The translations under genes and the position numbers were made by a program. The notes below the pieces were generated by a model, which worked only from the letters and a program-made list of their open reading frames with translations, had not been told where the DNA came from and did no database searches. A stretch of DNA of 63,058 nucleotides, filler included. It is 20 parts of 20 records of this genome, joined end to end, with 100 filler letters (N's around TTAATTAATTAA, not from the genome) between each part and the next. Parts side by side here need not be neighbours in the genome. Positions count along the whole stretch, not along the records: positions 1 to 3,253 come from SRR36015645_5641; positions 3,354 to 5,812 come from SRR36015645_5927; positions 5,913 to 8,213 come from SRR36015645_6024; positions 8,314 to 12,875 come from SRR36015645_6159; 16 more parts are not named here. One strand, 5' to 3'. Positions within the stretch are counted from its first letter, which is position 1. The number at the start of each line of letters is the position of its first letter. Shown in pieces: positions 1-12,873 of the stretch.

Positions 1-12
1 CCGGTATGCGTG

Positions 13-1044
13 TGTTTGATGCGTGCGCGAACAACAAATTCGAAGACGCTCAGTTGTATAATATAAGCGAACGTTTATTCGTTATTTACACCGTTATTGA
101 ATCGTCTCCAAAAGTTGAAAAGTTGTTTTCTACCTAAAATGACAAATGAGAAATTTGCAAACCTGATAGTTTGAATAGAATAGTATGGATTCATAACAAC
201 ATTGAACTCAAAAGTGAAAACTGAACTGAGATTCTAATTTACATTTGAACTCAATACAAATGAAAACTAAACTGTGAATTGTGCCATTTCAATTGTATAT
301 TGAATAAAGCTCTAATCATAAATTGCTGAGACTATTAGGCTTTGCCAAAACTAAGTTTCTAATTCTACTGATCCAATGAAAAGATCGAAACGTTACATGT
401 ATGCACTACACACAGTTTGTTACAAATATTTGCTGTGATGTTTTACTGATGACTTCTTTAGAGTCCTCATCGTATCCATGTAGTTCTAAGCACTAAACTG
501 CTAATTTCGCAAACATACAATTTACATGTCTATGTTGGCAAACTACTAAATATTTTGATACTGTGCGCACCTTGCGCGTAACTTAAGTAATGTGAGCACG
601 CTTTGAATTTAGGCCATGTAAGTTCTCATCAAAGTTTATCAATGTTTTGTGTGAACTTCACTATCAACACATTTCTCAATAAGTTGTCACTGGTTGAACA
701 AAGTAGGCCTAACACTAACAGTTAGTTACTGTGTTCCTAATACCAGTGAAGTGTCCAAAGTGTACAATGTACGTGTATTTTCTTCTTAGGAATAGATAAA
801 TCACATTGGTGATGCCGAACAGTCTGCAGCTAGAACAATTATTATTCACAAAGTACACAAGCACAAACTTACACGGTGCCTCACACACATTGGCATATCT
901 TCATCATACTTGTAAGAATTTCTTCTATACTACAGTTCACACTGGATTGAATGTCTTTTACACTACAATGGACCTAAAACAATGATACGGTTTTAGAGTT
1001 CTGTTCGTAAAGATTTTTGAGTCACTTCGCGCCATGGCGCGACA
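13..1044 (-). repeat. Putative 3' LTR of the BEL/Pao element
   Basis: On the minus strand it starts TGT at 1044, right after a purine-rich GGCGCCGGGAG (PPT-like), 275 bp past the pol stop. AATAAA lies at 74-79 and a BEL-type ...AAACA end at 13. There is no second LTR to confirm the boundaries. Confidence 0.45.
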
Positions 1045-1319
1045 CTCCCGGCGCCGAAATGATGGTTCCTCATATTTACACCTTTTCACTAGAAGCAACA
1101 CAACGATCTTCTGACTATGGTTTTGAACTATCTCACACATATGGTTACAATTACATAGATATTCTTTCAAATCCACGAAATAATATAAACAAAACTAATG
1201 CACAAACACTCTAAACAAAACTGGTTCACGAAGCAATTTAAACATAATGTCCAGTAGCTATGTTAAATGTTAATCTAGCTAACCAATAGTGCGACCCACT
1301 TCGGCGCCGTCATTGTCAC

Positions 1320-3253
1320 TTAACCAGTTGCTTCTTCAATAGGTAGAAGCACAACAAGCTTCTGGATTGGACGTTGAACAGTTTCCTTAGCGTTTCGATC
1401 TGGACGCCGGTACTGAACTTCCACTTTACGCACATTGCCGTCAGGTCCAGGTACGGTGCTCGTCACCATTCCAGTTCTCCACTGTCCACGAAGTGAGGTG
1501 TTTTCCTCAATTAACACGACGTCCCCAACTCTGACGTTACGTTCTTTGGTATGCCATTTCGGTCGTATTATCATTTTCGGGAAGAACTCTTGGTACCATC
1601 TTTTCCAAAAGGCATCGACTACCTCTTGGATAAATCGAACATGTTGGCGCACATTGATGTTGCATGTCCACGGTCCCTGTGGAATATTGCTCGTCGCGCG
1701 GCCCAACAACAAATGATTAGGTGACAAGTAGGTGCCATCATCTGGATTCTTACATTCTGGATGAATGCCAATGGGTCGAGAGTTCAACAGTTCAGCTACC
1801 TCGTACAGAATCGTTTGCATCGTGCTGAAGGTGCATATTTGATCACCGAGAGCGCCATGAATAGCCCGTTTTGTCGACTTGATCAATGCCTCAGAGCACC
1901 CATTCCACCAGGAAGCATTAGCAGGACTGAATTCCCACGTAAATTTCGCTTTGAGCGCAAATCCTTGGAGTTGGTCCCTATCCCAGTTGGTGAAGATTTC
2001 CCGGAGCTCTTTCTCTGTTGCTTTCAGTTGCGTCCCTGGGTCTGATCGCATTTTTGTCGGAGCCCCTCTGATTGACATGAAGCGTCGTAGAACCTTTAAG
2101 AATCCATTTGTCGAATAATCGTCTGCAAGATCGATATAGACAGCCCTGGAAGTCAAGCATGTGAAAATTACGCCGTATCCTTTGCCGTGTGTTCTTTTTT
2201 GAACTTCTCCTTTCAGCTCCAGTGGTCCAAACAAGTCCACTTGAGTGTACCAGAATGGTGGTGAAGGCTTGAGACGGTCTTCTGGCAGTTGTCCCATCAC
2301 CTGTGAGGCTGATTTGGTGTCCAACTTACGACATGTGACGCATGACTTGCAGACATCCTGGCAGAGCCTTCTTAATCCCAAAATCCAGAACTTCTCTCTC
2401 ACTTTTGCCATGGTACTGCTTACTCCAGTGTGACCCTCTTCATGGATCTTGCGAATAAACAGCAAGGCTAGCCTGTTGTCGCCACCAAGTAATGGGAATC
2501 CTTCTTTATCATAATTCTTCTTTAGATAATCCGACATTCTTGTCCCTACAACGATGATCCCATCTTTGTCTATTGCAGGGCTGAGTCGCTCATAGTCAGA
2601 GAGATTCTTCTTCAAGTTCACTTGAAGGTGCTTGATCCAGTAGATTTCTGCTCGAGTCATTAAGTCGACTGTTGGAGTTCTCCCTATGTTGGCCAGTTTG
2701 CACGTTTGACCCTCAGAGTTTGTTACTGATAGGACTCTAGCTGTTGTTCGAAGAAGCTTGTCATAAGATGAGAATCGGTTCATATCTATGACATCATCGC
2801 TTGCAATTGTTGACTTCACTGCAATGCAACACTGTTCGGGCCTCATGTCCATAGCTTGGAGCAGTATGTCTACTGATCCTACAGTACGTGGTCCAACTAC
2901 ATCCGGAAGCATGTCTACCTTGCAACTAGTCTTCACAGGCCACTGATCCTCAGGTAGTCGAAGGAACTCAGGTCCGTTCTGCCAAATGGTATTTATGTCA
3001 AGATCCGCAGGCTGTTTGTCTCGTGTACAGAAGTCGGCTATGTTGTGTGATCCTGCGATCCATGCCCATTCGTCCTTGCTTGTGCTGCGGTGAATTTCAC
3101 CTATCCGTACTCCAACAAACTGATTGAAGCTGTGGCTGTCTTTGTGGATCATGGCTTGTACAATTTGCGAGTCGACAAGATGATGCACCTTCTCAAATTT
3201 CACATCCATCTCCTCTTGCAATGTCACTCGGAGTCGTGTCGCCATGACCGCAC
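1320..3253 (-). mobile_element. pol: BEL/Pao LTR retrotransposon pol, 3' part (end of RNase H, integrase, C-terminal domain); 5'-truncated by contig edge
   Basis: Motifs LVDSQIV, NIADFCTR, integrase zinc finger (HEEGHTG...CVTC), DLFGP...SDPG...GCSEALIK (DDE), FWKRW and RPIQKLVVLLP. The frame is open to the contig edge. Confidence 0.93.
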
Positions 3254-3353
3254 NNNNNNNNNNNNNNNNNNNNNNNNNNNNNNNNNNNNNNNNNNNNTTA
3301 ATTAATTAANNNNNNNNNNNNNNNNNNNNNNNNNNNNNNNNNNNNNNNNNNNN
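3254..3353. other. Artificial contig-joining spacer (N44-TTAATTAATTAA-N44). Also starts at 5813, 8214, 12876, 15797, 18255, 20647, 23219, 27184, 29555, 34978, 37477, 40081, 44957, 47367, 50147, 53378, 57361, 59845
   Basis: Identical 100-bp block seen 19 times. The 12-mer gives stop codons in all six frames. Confidence 0.99.
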
Positions 3354-5226
3354 TAAGTGCATACCGATTTTCGACGTGCTCTATGATATGCTGGATATTG
3401 TACAAGTTATCAAAGATGCTTCGGTCTGTAATGCCACATGTTTGATTAAGATGAATTAATGATGGCAATACATGTTTTAGCCTAGCTGCCAAGACTCTAG
3501 TGAGTATTTTATAGTCAGTAGTGAGCAATGATATGGGACGCCAATTTTTTAGTAGCCTGTGGTCTTCTTTTTTGTACAGTAAAGCAAGTATTGCTGTTTT
3601 CATAGTTTCAGACAGTTTGCCACCGAAAAAGCAGTTATTGAGAAGCTCGACAAAGTCATTTTTCAAACAATTCCAGTTTATAAGATAAAATTCTCGTGGC
3701 AGCCCATCAATTCCAGGAGACTTATTATTTTTCATGGATTTTAGTGCGGCATAACACTCTTTAGCTGTCATTAGCCCTTCGCATTTATTTCTTTGGTCTT
3801 CAGTTAAAGTTTTATCAATACAGTTCAAAAATTTATTTTGAGCTGTCAAATCCACTGGCTCTGACTTGTACAAATTACTATAAAAATCCACGATGGTATT
3901 TTTGATATCTGATGGGTCAGTTTTTATGATTCCGCCAGCATCAAATAGAGAGGTAATTTGTTTCTTTTCCTGGTGTTGTTTTTCTCTTTTAAAGAAAAAT
4001 TCCGAATTTTTCTCGCCTTGCTCATAAAATTTCACACGTGACCGAATTTTCTGACCGTTTAGCCGGAAATTCGTTATCCTATCCAGCTCTGCTTGTAATT
4101 GTATTAAGTGCGCAGTGTCGCGTGAAAGGCCGCTGTCAAGTAGTTCTGTTTCAGAAATTATTTTTTGTTCCAAATCATTTTCTTCTTTTCTCATGGCTTT
4201 TGCTTTTTGAACCGAAAAGGAAATAATGATGTTTTTAATTTTTCTTTTGTAAGCTTCCCACCATCGTAAAGGATCGCGGTAATTTACTTTTTGCTGCCTC
4301 CAAGTTTCAGTGAAATTTGATATTTCAGTTTGTAGCGCCCTTTCGCGTAGCATCGCGGTATTACATTTCCAGTAACCCTTACCAGCCATGACTTTTTCCG
4401 GTTTCAGAAGTGTAGTTATAACCAGATCATGGTCAGACAAGGTGGGGCTAGTTGGATATTTTTTAACATTTACACTGTACCTTAATAGATTTTGAGAGAC
4501 ATAAATGCGATCTAATCTTGACGCCGAACCCCGTAGGTTGCGCCATGTATAACCAGACACACTAGGATTGAAATGCAGCCAAGTATCATTTAAAAAATTG
4601 GCATTTTTAATAGTCAGGAAGTCAGCAGATCCCGCCAAGGAAGGGTCAGGACCGTGATTGGCTGCTCGTTTCCTGTCGTTAGCACTTTCAATCATATTAA
4701 AGTCACCTGACAGAATTTTATAGTTACAAATTGTTGTAAAAATCCTATCCTTTATATTTGCATAAAACTGTTTTCTTGAATTTGCATTATCGCATGGACC
4801 ATACACATTGCAAAAGCAGTATACGGAGTCTGCTATCTGGCATGTAATTTGCATACAACGGCCCTCAATGATTGTATCACACTGGACATTTTTTACATTC
4901 AATCTTTTACTGAAGAAAATTGCAATACCAGCACTGTTACCTGTTGTGCTAAAAAAGGTTTGCCCATTGCTTAACTTGGTCCAGTATTTAGATTGATATT
5001 GATCAAGTTTATGACACTCCTGCATAAATAATATATCTATTTTCTTACTATGAATCAGGTCCAGTATACTGTTAAATTTACCTCTGAACCCTCTTACATT
5101 TAGAGTAGCCACAGTAAGGCGATTATCATGCATTGCCATATAGAAAATTGGTGATATAATCAACCAGCAAAAAATAACAATTTTGAACATTGAACCCATA
5201 ATGTAGTGCAAAAGGTAAGTATCCAT
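3354..5226 (-). mobile_element. L1/Tx1-clade LINE ORF2 (APE endonuclease + start of RT), 3'-truncated; alternative start ATG at 5139
   Basis: TLNVRG, FMQECH, NVYGP, GDFN, SRLDRIY, SDH, GKGYWKCN, KSPGIDGLP, NWRPISLL, QTCG. Confidence 0.93.
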
Positions 5227-5274
5227 CTCAAGTTATACACGTGACGTTTTCGACCATAATTGTAAAAACACACA

Positions 5275-5811
5275 TTAACATTGGGCACCACGCTGGAGTG
5301 CCTCGAGTTGAACTATTGCATCATTGCATGTTGCTTCTATGTCACTGTCTTTTGCTATACCGGGGACCCCTGTTTTCTCACACGTTTCGGAAATGTCCAC
5401 ATTAGTTTTCTTCGCCATTGGACGGTTGGGTGAATCACCCTCAGAGGTGTCACTCCTGTTGCTCACCTTACGTTTATTGTTCGTAACAACATGCATGCTT
5501 CCCACTGGATGCACATTAGGATTGTCACAAGTTTCGGCATCTACTGGAAGGACACTCCCCGAAGTACCCTCACAGTCGGTGACGTCATCAGCTACAGGCT
5601 TCAGAACCCCTTCCTCGGCCGTCGCTTCCTCCTCAACTTCCGGCACTACGCCCGCCACAACATTTGCATACGACAAAGGCGTCGCCTGGACTGATGCCTG
5701 CATGGTACCGCCGGTTGACGCGCTCGTCCCCTCATCACTAGGATCATCCACCTTTTTTGACTCGCTCTTTCGTTTAGCCTGGCAGTTATAAGAAAGGTGA
5801 CCAGGCTGCTT
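5275..5811 (-). mobile_element. Tx1-type LINE ORF1, C-terminal part (end of CCHC knuckle + disordered tail)
   Basis: The frame is open to the contig edge and reads KQPGHLSYNC (zinc knuckle tail) and SYANVV. It ends 48 bp before ORF2 on the same strand. Confidence 0.75.
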
Positions 5812-6668
5812 ANNNNNNNNNNNNNNNNNNNNNNNNNNNNNNNNNNNNNNNNNNNNTTAATTAATTAANNNNNNNNNNNNNNNNNNNNNNNNNNNNNNNN
5901 NNNNNNNNNNNNAACGTTTGATATTGTTATGTTTTAATATATACAAGCAAAAACCATCTCTTAGGCTTCCTATACATACAATAAGATCCTATAGCTACAG
6001 TCAAATACCGGTTTTCGTAATATCATAATTTCATAATATCTATTATCACAACATGTTTGTGTACTTAAACTTTAAGTTAAAGCAGTCTAGAGAATGATGC
6101 TAAAACTTGAAATTATATCTTTCAATAGGCGCAGTAGATCAATCATAACCGGTATATTTATCAACACGAGCAGGCCTACTCAAATGCATTCAACTGTGAA
6201 ACTTCTGAGCTATCAAAATAGTAATACTTCTAATAAAAAAGTTAACGCTCTGCCAAATTTTACTTATAAAATATCTATCAAAGGATCTATCGAAACCAGA
6301 CGTAGCCAAACCTTTTTCAAAACGACTTTGCATTAAAAAAACGTTAACATGAGAAAATTTAGGCTGGAGCGGTCTGTTACTGTTTGCAGTGCAGTAGGCC
6401 TGGCTACATGTAGTCAAAGTACAAAATGCATTTTGTGAGTGTGACGGTTATAGGGGTGCTGCGAATAAACGTAAGCACTCACATATCATTTGAACTGCAT
6501 GGGCCTAGAAGTAATTTGAGATATAATTTATGCGATCGTTAAAAAAAAATAATAATATGCGAAGTACAAGCTATTGCTAGACACGAACACAAGTAAGATA
6601 TTTGACCTGAAGAGTCAGACTTTTACCCAAAAGACAGTAACACTTAATAGGTCTGTTATAGGCTCATT

Positions 6669-7613
6669 CTATTTTGCAGGATTCTTCAGTTTCTCAAGGT
6701 CTTCGTAATTGCTTATTTGGGAAACTTTTTCGTGTTTGTCCTTGATCATAATACGGCCATCTTTAGTCCAAGTCCCGTGGATCGATTTCTGCCTCAGCAA
6801 CTGGCGGCACTCGTAAAAAAGGGAACTGCGTTGGCGCGTCAGGTCTTCAGAAATGAAGACACCTTTAGTATCTTCATTTTTCCTCAGGTTAGATCGAGCT
6901 CCGATAACCAGCCTACGCTTGTTGTAAGTGGCAAAATTTACAATTATTGCCCTAGGCCTGGTCGAATTCGGCGTTGCCCTGCCAACACGGTGCGAGCGAG
7001 AGATGTCGTTGGTGGTGACATTCACATTTAGGCCCTTGCATAAGTCAAGGACCTTCGAATCCGTGTTTTCGTTCGCACTTTCTCGCACCCCCCATATCCG
7101 AACCGCATTCCGTCTGCCATATTGCTCCAGCTCCTCCGTGAGGGAGGCCTGGAGCTGGACCTTGGACTCCAATGCTTTTACTGAAGCCTCAAGCTTTTCG
7201 TTTCGTGTCTCCAGGTCTGAGATAAGCTGCTGCTGACCCGCAACGATTTCATCACATTTTTCTGCCACTTTAGTGTCGATGACTTTCTGGCACGTCTCAT
7301 GCACTTTCAGAGTGACCATCGCCTCGATGTCGGCCACGAGAGAAGCTTTAATGTCAGCAATCATAAGCTCTTTTAAGGACGCAGCCAGCTGTGATGTAAA
7401 CGCCGGATCCATTATAGCCGCTTGGATGTCAGAGGCTTGGGTCTCGCTACGTATAATTTTAAATTTAGGAAGTACTTCTAACGGACTACCGTCACCCGAA
7501 CTAATTGGCGATATAACCTTACGTTTATTAATATTCGTCTCAGTACCGTCCGCCTCCATATTTTCTTCAGCCGAGTCCAAACTGTCGTTTAAATTGTTAT
7601 CATCAGCTGACAT
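6669..7613 (-). mobile_element. CR1/L2-group LINE ORF1 (coiled coil + L1-ORF1/RRM-like domain)
   Basis: Coiled coil followed by LEQYGRRNAVRIWG, SHRVG, RPRAIIVNF, FISEDLT, WTKDGRI. Homologous to 23981-25099. Confidence 0.8.
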
Positions 7614-8481
7614 TTTTTTACTTATTGAACGTACATCACTTTTTGATTTAATGTTGTTTGCGCAGGGAGTACATTGTTCAAACTTTCATAATGCGAACAT
7701 GCACTAAGCTCAAGACACAGTGCCTACACACTGTAACCCAGCGGAGTGCAGCACACGTAGTTCACTCAAGGTGCATAGTTCTACATGTCACAGTGGCTAG
7801 CTAAGCGGGGGCTGGTCACCAACGTCAGTGAACGGGAAACAAACCACTTCAAACCAGGTGATTCTGGATTAACACGGTGAGTATGGACAGTTCTCAGCAG
7901 CTCGGAGTTCACCACGTCGACATTTATGTATGGTCCCCGCAGAAAATCCGTCAGCATCTATGTAACGCATGTAACTGCCCGGTGCAAAACACACAAAATA
8001 TGGCAGAGTCACAAAAAGCGAACAGTCATGCAATCTGGACGCGAATAACCATCGATTAACCAGCAGTTTTCTAGCCAAAATCTTTGCAGACAATAGTCAG
8101 ATAACGTTCCTTCGAACCTCCAAACCTTTAACGATGAGATTCCAGTAAAATTGCTGCAATTTAATACTTTTGTAACAGGAAGAGAGCACAATTTATAAGA
8201 GAGCTCTACAGCGNNNNNNNNNNNNNNNNNNNNNNNNNNNNNNNNNNNNNNNNNNNNTTAATTAATTAANNNNNNNNNNNNNNNNNNNNNNNNNNNNNNN
8301 NNNNNNNNNNNNNCAGAAAAAAAGTGAGACAACATTATGGTATTTTTCTGGCTGCTCCTAGACCCTATAAATGTATTACAAACATGTGGAATATGATATC
8401 AAAATACAGAATGAGGCATTGCAAATGTGATATGACGTACCCATGACGTAGTATGACGTCATTCAGAGGCAATGATGTCAT

Positions 8482-11400
8482 TCATGATAGGAGTTCGTAT
8501 TCACTTGGATCATCGGTGCTTGCATCAAAGTTGCTATTTTGACAGAGTCCTTTACATTCACCACATGCACTGGAACATTCAAGCTCATTCCGTTTGCAAC
8601 TACAGCGTTGAGTGTCACAGTTGCCCTTACACTGACATCTGACCAATTTCAGTAGTGAATCAGGAGCCACTGGCGAATCCATCGTCTTCGGTTCAAGCTG
8701 TCCCTTCCGCAGACACCAGCCCCATTTCTCGGGGTCCACACTGTTCCCCATCCATTCCTGGACCTGACAATAAACTCGGAACGAGTGGTATTTGGCTGCA
8801 TCGGTTGTTGGGGGAAGGCTGTGAACTTCAACGGTAGTTGAACTTTTTGCCACCTTGTTGCAAAACTTTGTCTTTCGCAGTCCGTCAAGGGTGTCATTTC
8901 CTTTGCCCCCGTACAAATAAACCAAGGCCTTTTCACCAGCTGATGATATCGCGTCTTTAGTTCCACTTTGGCAACAGAATGCTTCTATACATTTCAAGAA
9001 ACCGTTCTCTTCCCTCACTTTCCTCAAGGCAGCCCCTTTACCAATACCATACAGTCGTGAGGTTGAGTCACATCCACAGAGTGCATGGACAACTGGCAGG
9101 ACACGGCAGATGCTTTCACCCAGAGCTTCTGCTACAGAGTTAATATGCCAACATTTCCCACCGTCCTTGCTCGACTTGAAGTACAAATCATTCATCCCTC
9201 GTTCCGCATAATGACACAACAGCACCAACAAGTCTGTGTCCTCACCTATCACATATGTCACGGTTTCCCTTGCATGTTCAATTCCCTTCTTCGCAATCAT
9301 GACATCTGCATCTGCTGGCGCATTGACACAGTCAATTCCATTTGCCTTGAATGTTTCACACAATAAGTCAATGAAGTTTTGCTTATTGTCCGAGTTTGAC
9401 AAGAAGTTTTCCTTTTTTGACCTGAGGGGCATGGTTGGAGTGAACATCACCTTTTGACCAAAGACTCCTTTTGATCGTCGATTGTGTGTCATGTCCTTGG
9501 TAGTAGGTCCTGATTTATAACCGTCGACTACAACCACCGGGTTGAGAAAGTTTTTGGAAACATGCTTCATGTACATGGTTGCAATGTCCTCAAATGTGTC
9601 ACCCTTCTTCCATGGAATCCTTTGCAATAAGGAACCACCATCCAGAACATGGGTCACAGTCCTTTCTTCCTCAAATGATTCCAATGCCGACTTGGGAGCA
9701 ACAGCAGCTATCTCATCTCCTAGCTGTGGTTTATTGGCTTCCCTGAGCCTCCCCCACTTATCGAACAGAGCAGTAGGGTAGCTAGACAACTCATACGCAA
9801 AGACTTCTTCAACACATAAGTCAGTGTTATTAGCAAAGATGAGGAGCCTCTGGAAAAGGAGCTGTGGGTCGATTGGTACTTTTTCAGCACTGATTGTAAC
9901 CTTTTTACCCAACGACTCAACTTGATCTTTCTTCCTAAATGAAAAGTCAAAAGCATTGCTACATTCCATCTTCTGCACAATGTTCATACCAACCTCATAC
10001 AGTAAATGAGGATTGGCCGAGGCTGGTCCTGTCACACCGTTGGCAATATTCCTGAGTTCATTGGATTCTTGAAATGGATCATAATCCTTGAAGAATGCGA
10101 GAACCTTCTCTGTGTCCTTCCTATCTCGTTCACGCCTTGCTTCAGTCATTTCTTTGTGCTGCTCAGAGGTGTGGAAATGCTTCCCTGTGAGTTCTTGCAT
10201 AACTTCACTCACCTCAGCGCAGGCTGGCATAGCAAGTAACCAGCGCAGGCGTTGCGTTTCCTCCATGCCCCGACCACGTGTCAATCCACCATTCGTTTTC
10301 AAAGAGCGCATCAAAACCTGCTCTATAACCAAGTCGCTTGGCAGTCCTGCCCATAGCCGATCACTTCGGCGGATCACAAATAGACCGGAGTTCAATTGGC
10401 AGAACATGTCTGGGTTGAGCTGCTCAAGTTCAATCATGTCTTGAATGTACACATGGGCTGACTTGGCATAATTGTTATGACCACACGCTGCAAAGTACGG
10501 CAACATCTCCTGGAGTGTTCCGAGGTACAGTAGGAAATCGCCCATTCTCAGTGCCCTCAGGAAGCGACGCAGCAAGTCAATCATGTCCATGTATTGAATC
10601 CATAGCTTTCCCATCTTATGCTCTGCTAAGGAGCTCTTCTCAGCTTTAAGTTTTTCACAAATTCTGTTGAAAACGTCTTTACTGCAGACTTCATCCGGTG
10701 AAACGTCTTCACGCAACAGCTTATCCAAAAGATCTGCAGCCTCCTGGAAGTCCTTGCATTCGTCACTTTCCTCATCTACCATTGAGAGGTTGAGACCGTA
10801 TGCCCTGCCTAACACAATCGAACTCAAGGCTGTGTCAACCAAGAAGTGGCCTCTGATTGCTCGTGCATAGGCTTTCCCACTCAGCATTTGGGTCACAGCA
10901 TTTTCAGCGTATATAAGTTCCAAAACCTCCTTAAGCCCAGATGCTTCCATAACATGGCCCATGCATCCCAAATAGCTCATCACAGAGTGAAAGCCACCAA
11001 GGTTCAAAACAATGGGTTTCAGTTCGCTTCCTTCCTTCTCATGAACAATGATCGTCTTCGCTTTCCAATAAAGCGGTTGGTCGAATGTCAGCATTGGCGT
11101 CGTTCCTTGGCGATGGCTTTCCGCAGCAACGAAGTGAAGTGTTGAGTAAATACAACTCATGTCAGTAGGGTCCATGTCAATCATGGGCAAGAAATGGACG
11201 GATGATTTCCCTGGGTGTGGTCCATGGCACACACTCTGCATTAAGCCGGACCAGCCTGGTCGTTTTGGTCGAAGCAACCATGACGTTTTCCACAGTATGT
11301 CCAGATTTTCAAGCTTGTCAGATGCTGAAATGGGGTCAAGCTTTCTAAATTCGAGAGGCCCACCCTTCTTGCGAACACTGCGGTAGTATTTGATTTCAAT

Positions 11401-12873
11401 TTCAGCTGCCGTGAAGTTGTTTTCAGGTGACTGCAATCTTGGTATTGATGTTGTGTCTCTTACTCCAGGGGTGACAGCAACAATTATACCCATACCATGG
11501 TATGTTCCTCGCCCATCAAGCGTACGCAAGTTGTGATCAACATTGTCTGCAACGAACTGTCCAAACCTGCCTGCAGTGGATATGTTGGTGCCCCTGAAAT
11601 TGGCAGCACACTTCGAAAACCTCAAAACTTCTGCGTAAGGCAGACAGAAGCCGTGGCTGTGTAAACTGTCCACAAGGAAGCGGGAACCAAAGTGCTGGTG
11701 CATTTGAACCGCCAATCCATACTGAATGGGTGCTACAATGGCCCTTGGTCGGGTAAGTTGCACGATACTTTGTCCAATTGATGCAACTTCAAGATCACAT
11801 GACTTGCCACTGAACGTCTCTTGCAGAAGTATACGAAGGGACTGCGGAACGTACGCCACATTCTTTTCCAGCGACCGGAGTTCAGAAGGATCTGGATAGA
11901 AATCTCTACAAGTATCAATGTTCTTTATATCTGCTTTGATCAACTGTGCCGCAGCCCTGACGATCTTTCTTTTTTCTGCTTCCTCATCATCAGTCTGTGG
12001 TGAGTCTTTGAATTGTTGCAAAATCTTTGCAGCAGTTTCTTTGACAGTTACAACATCGCTGCGTCCATGCACGTTACTAATAACCAGTTCATCCCCAAAA
12101 TATGAAATAAGTTTCTGTTTCATGTACTTTACACTATACGCTTCAACATCAGGGCACAACTGGGACATTCTATCAACGAGATCAACCACTGTAGTCTGTT
12201 CATCATCATTGCCACTGACTAGGTCCTCGATTGCGAGCAGAAATGCTTCCTCTCGTGAGGCATCTACTTTGCGACCCTTGCGAGGAGGTTCACTGTCTGC
12301 GGAATCACGATATTTGGAGGGGATCTGCCTATGTGTCTGGAAATTTGAGCTGCACTGCTTGTGATATATTGCGTCAGCTGCTGGAAGATCGCGTGCAAAG
12401 TTAATTCGGCCTCTAACAGTTTCAGCCCACTCATCAGCCCTGGCATCACATGCAGAAAGTATTGTCCTTTGAAAGTTGAAGGTGCGTACTGGATACACTT
12501 CTTCTGAATCATGCTTTGTGTCCAAATAGATGTTTGTACCACAAAAAAAGCAGTTCTCTGTAAAACAAAAGTCTGGTTCCTGAGAACGAAGAGCAGGTTT
12601 TTGAGAACGTTCAATGACTCGCTTCTGCTTCCCAGGGATTCTATTTGGCTTCGTATTGACATGCTTCTTTCGGCAATCAATGTGCACCGTTTGGCCCTCG
12701 GACACGGTAATTGACGGCGTTCCACGTTCAGTACTGGCCTTGTTGATATTATCTGCTCCCTTCGCCCTCAGCTTGACTGTTTCTCCTTCGTCTAACGTGT
12801 TTGAGCAAATGCCGCAGGGATTATGCACCACCTCTTCTTCCATGGCTTCGGTAGATGTCGCACCATTAGACAT
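8482..12873 (-). mobile_element. Academ-type (AcademX) DNA transposon protein: DDE transposase + XPG/FEN1-like nuclease + Cys-rich (CXC) finger, 1463 aa
   Basis: Transposase-like ADNVD, TFDQPL, LGGFH, DLVIEQ. XPG/PIN-like LDGG, VDGY, DAD, EDTD, GCDSTS. C-terminal CQCKGNC...CSC...CSSACGEC. Colinear homolog at 40440-44834. Confidence 0.82.

Noticed and set aside
446..475. CTGATGA as a hammerhead ribozyme core
   Set aside because: There is no properly placed GAAA or supporting stems.
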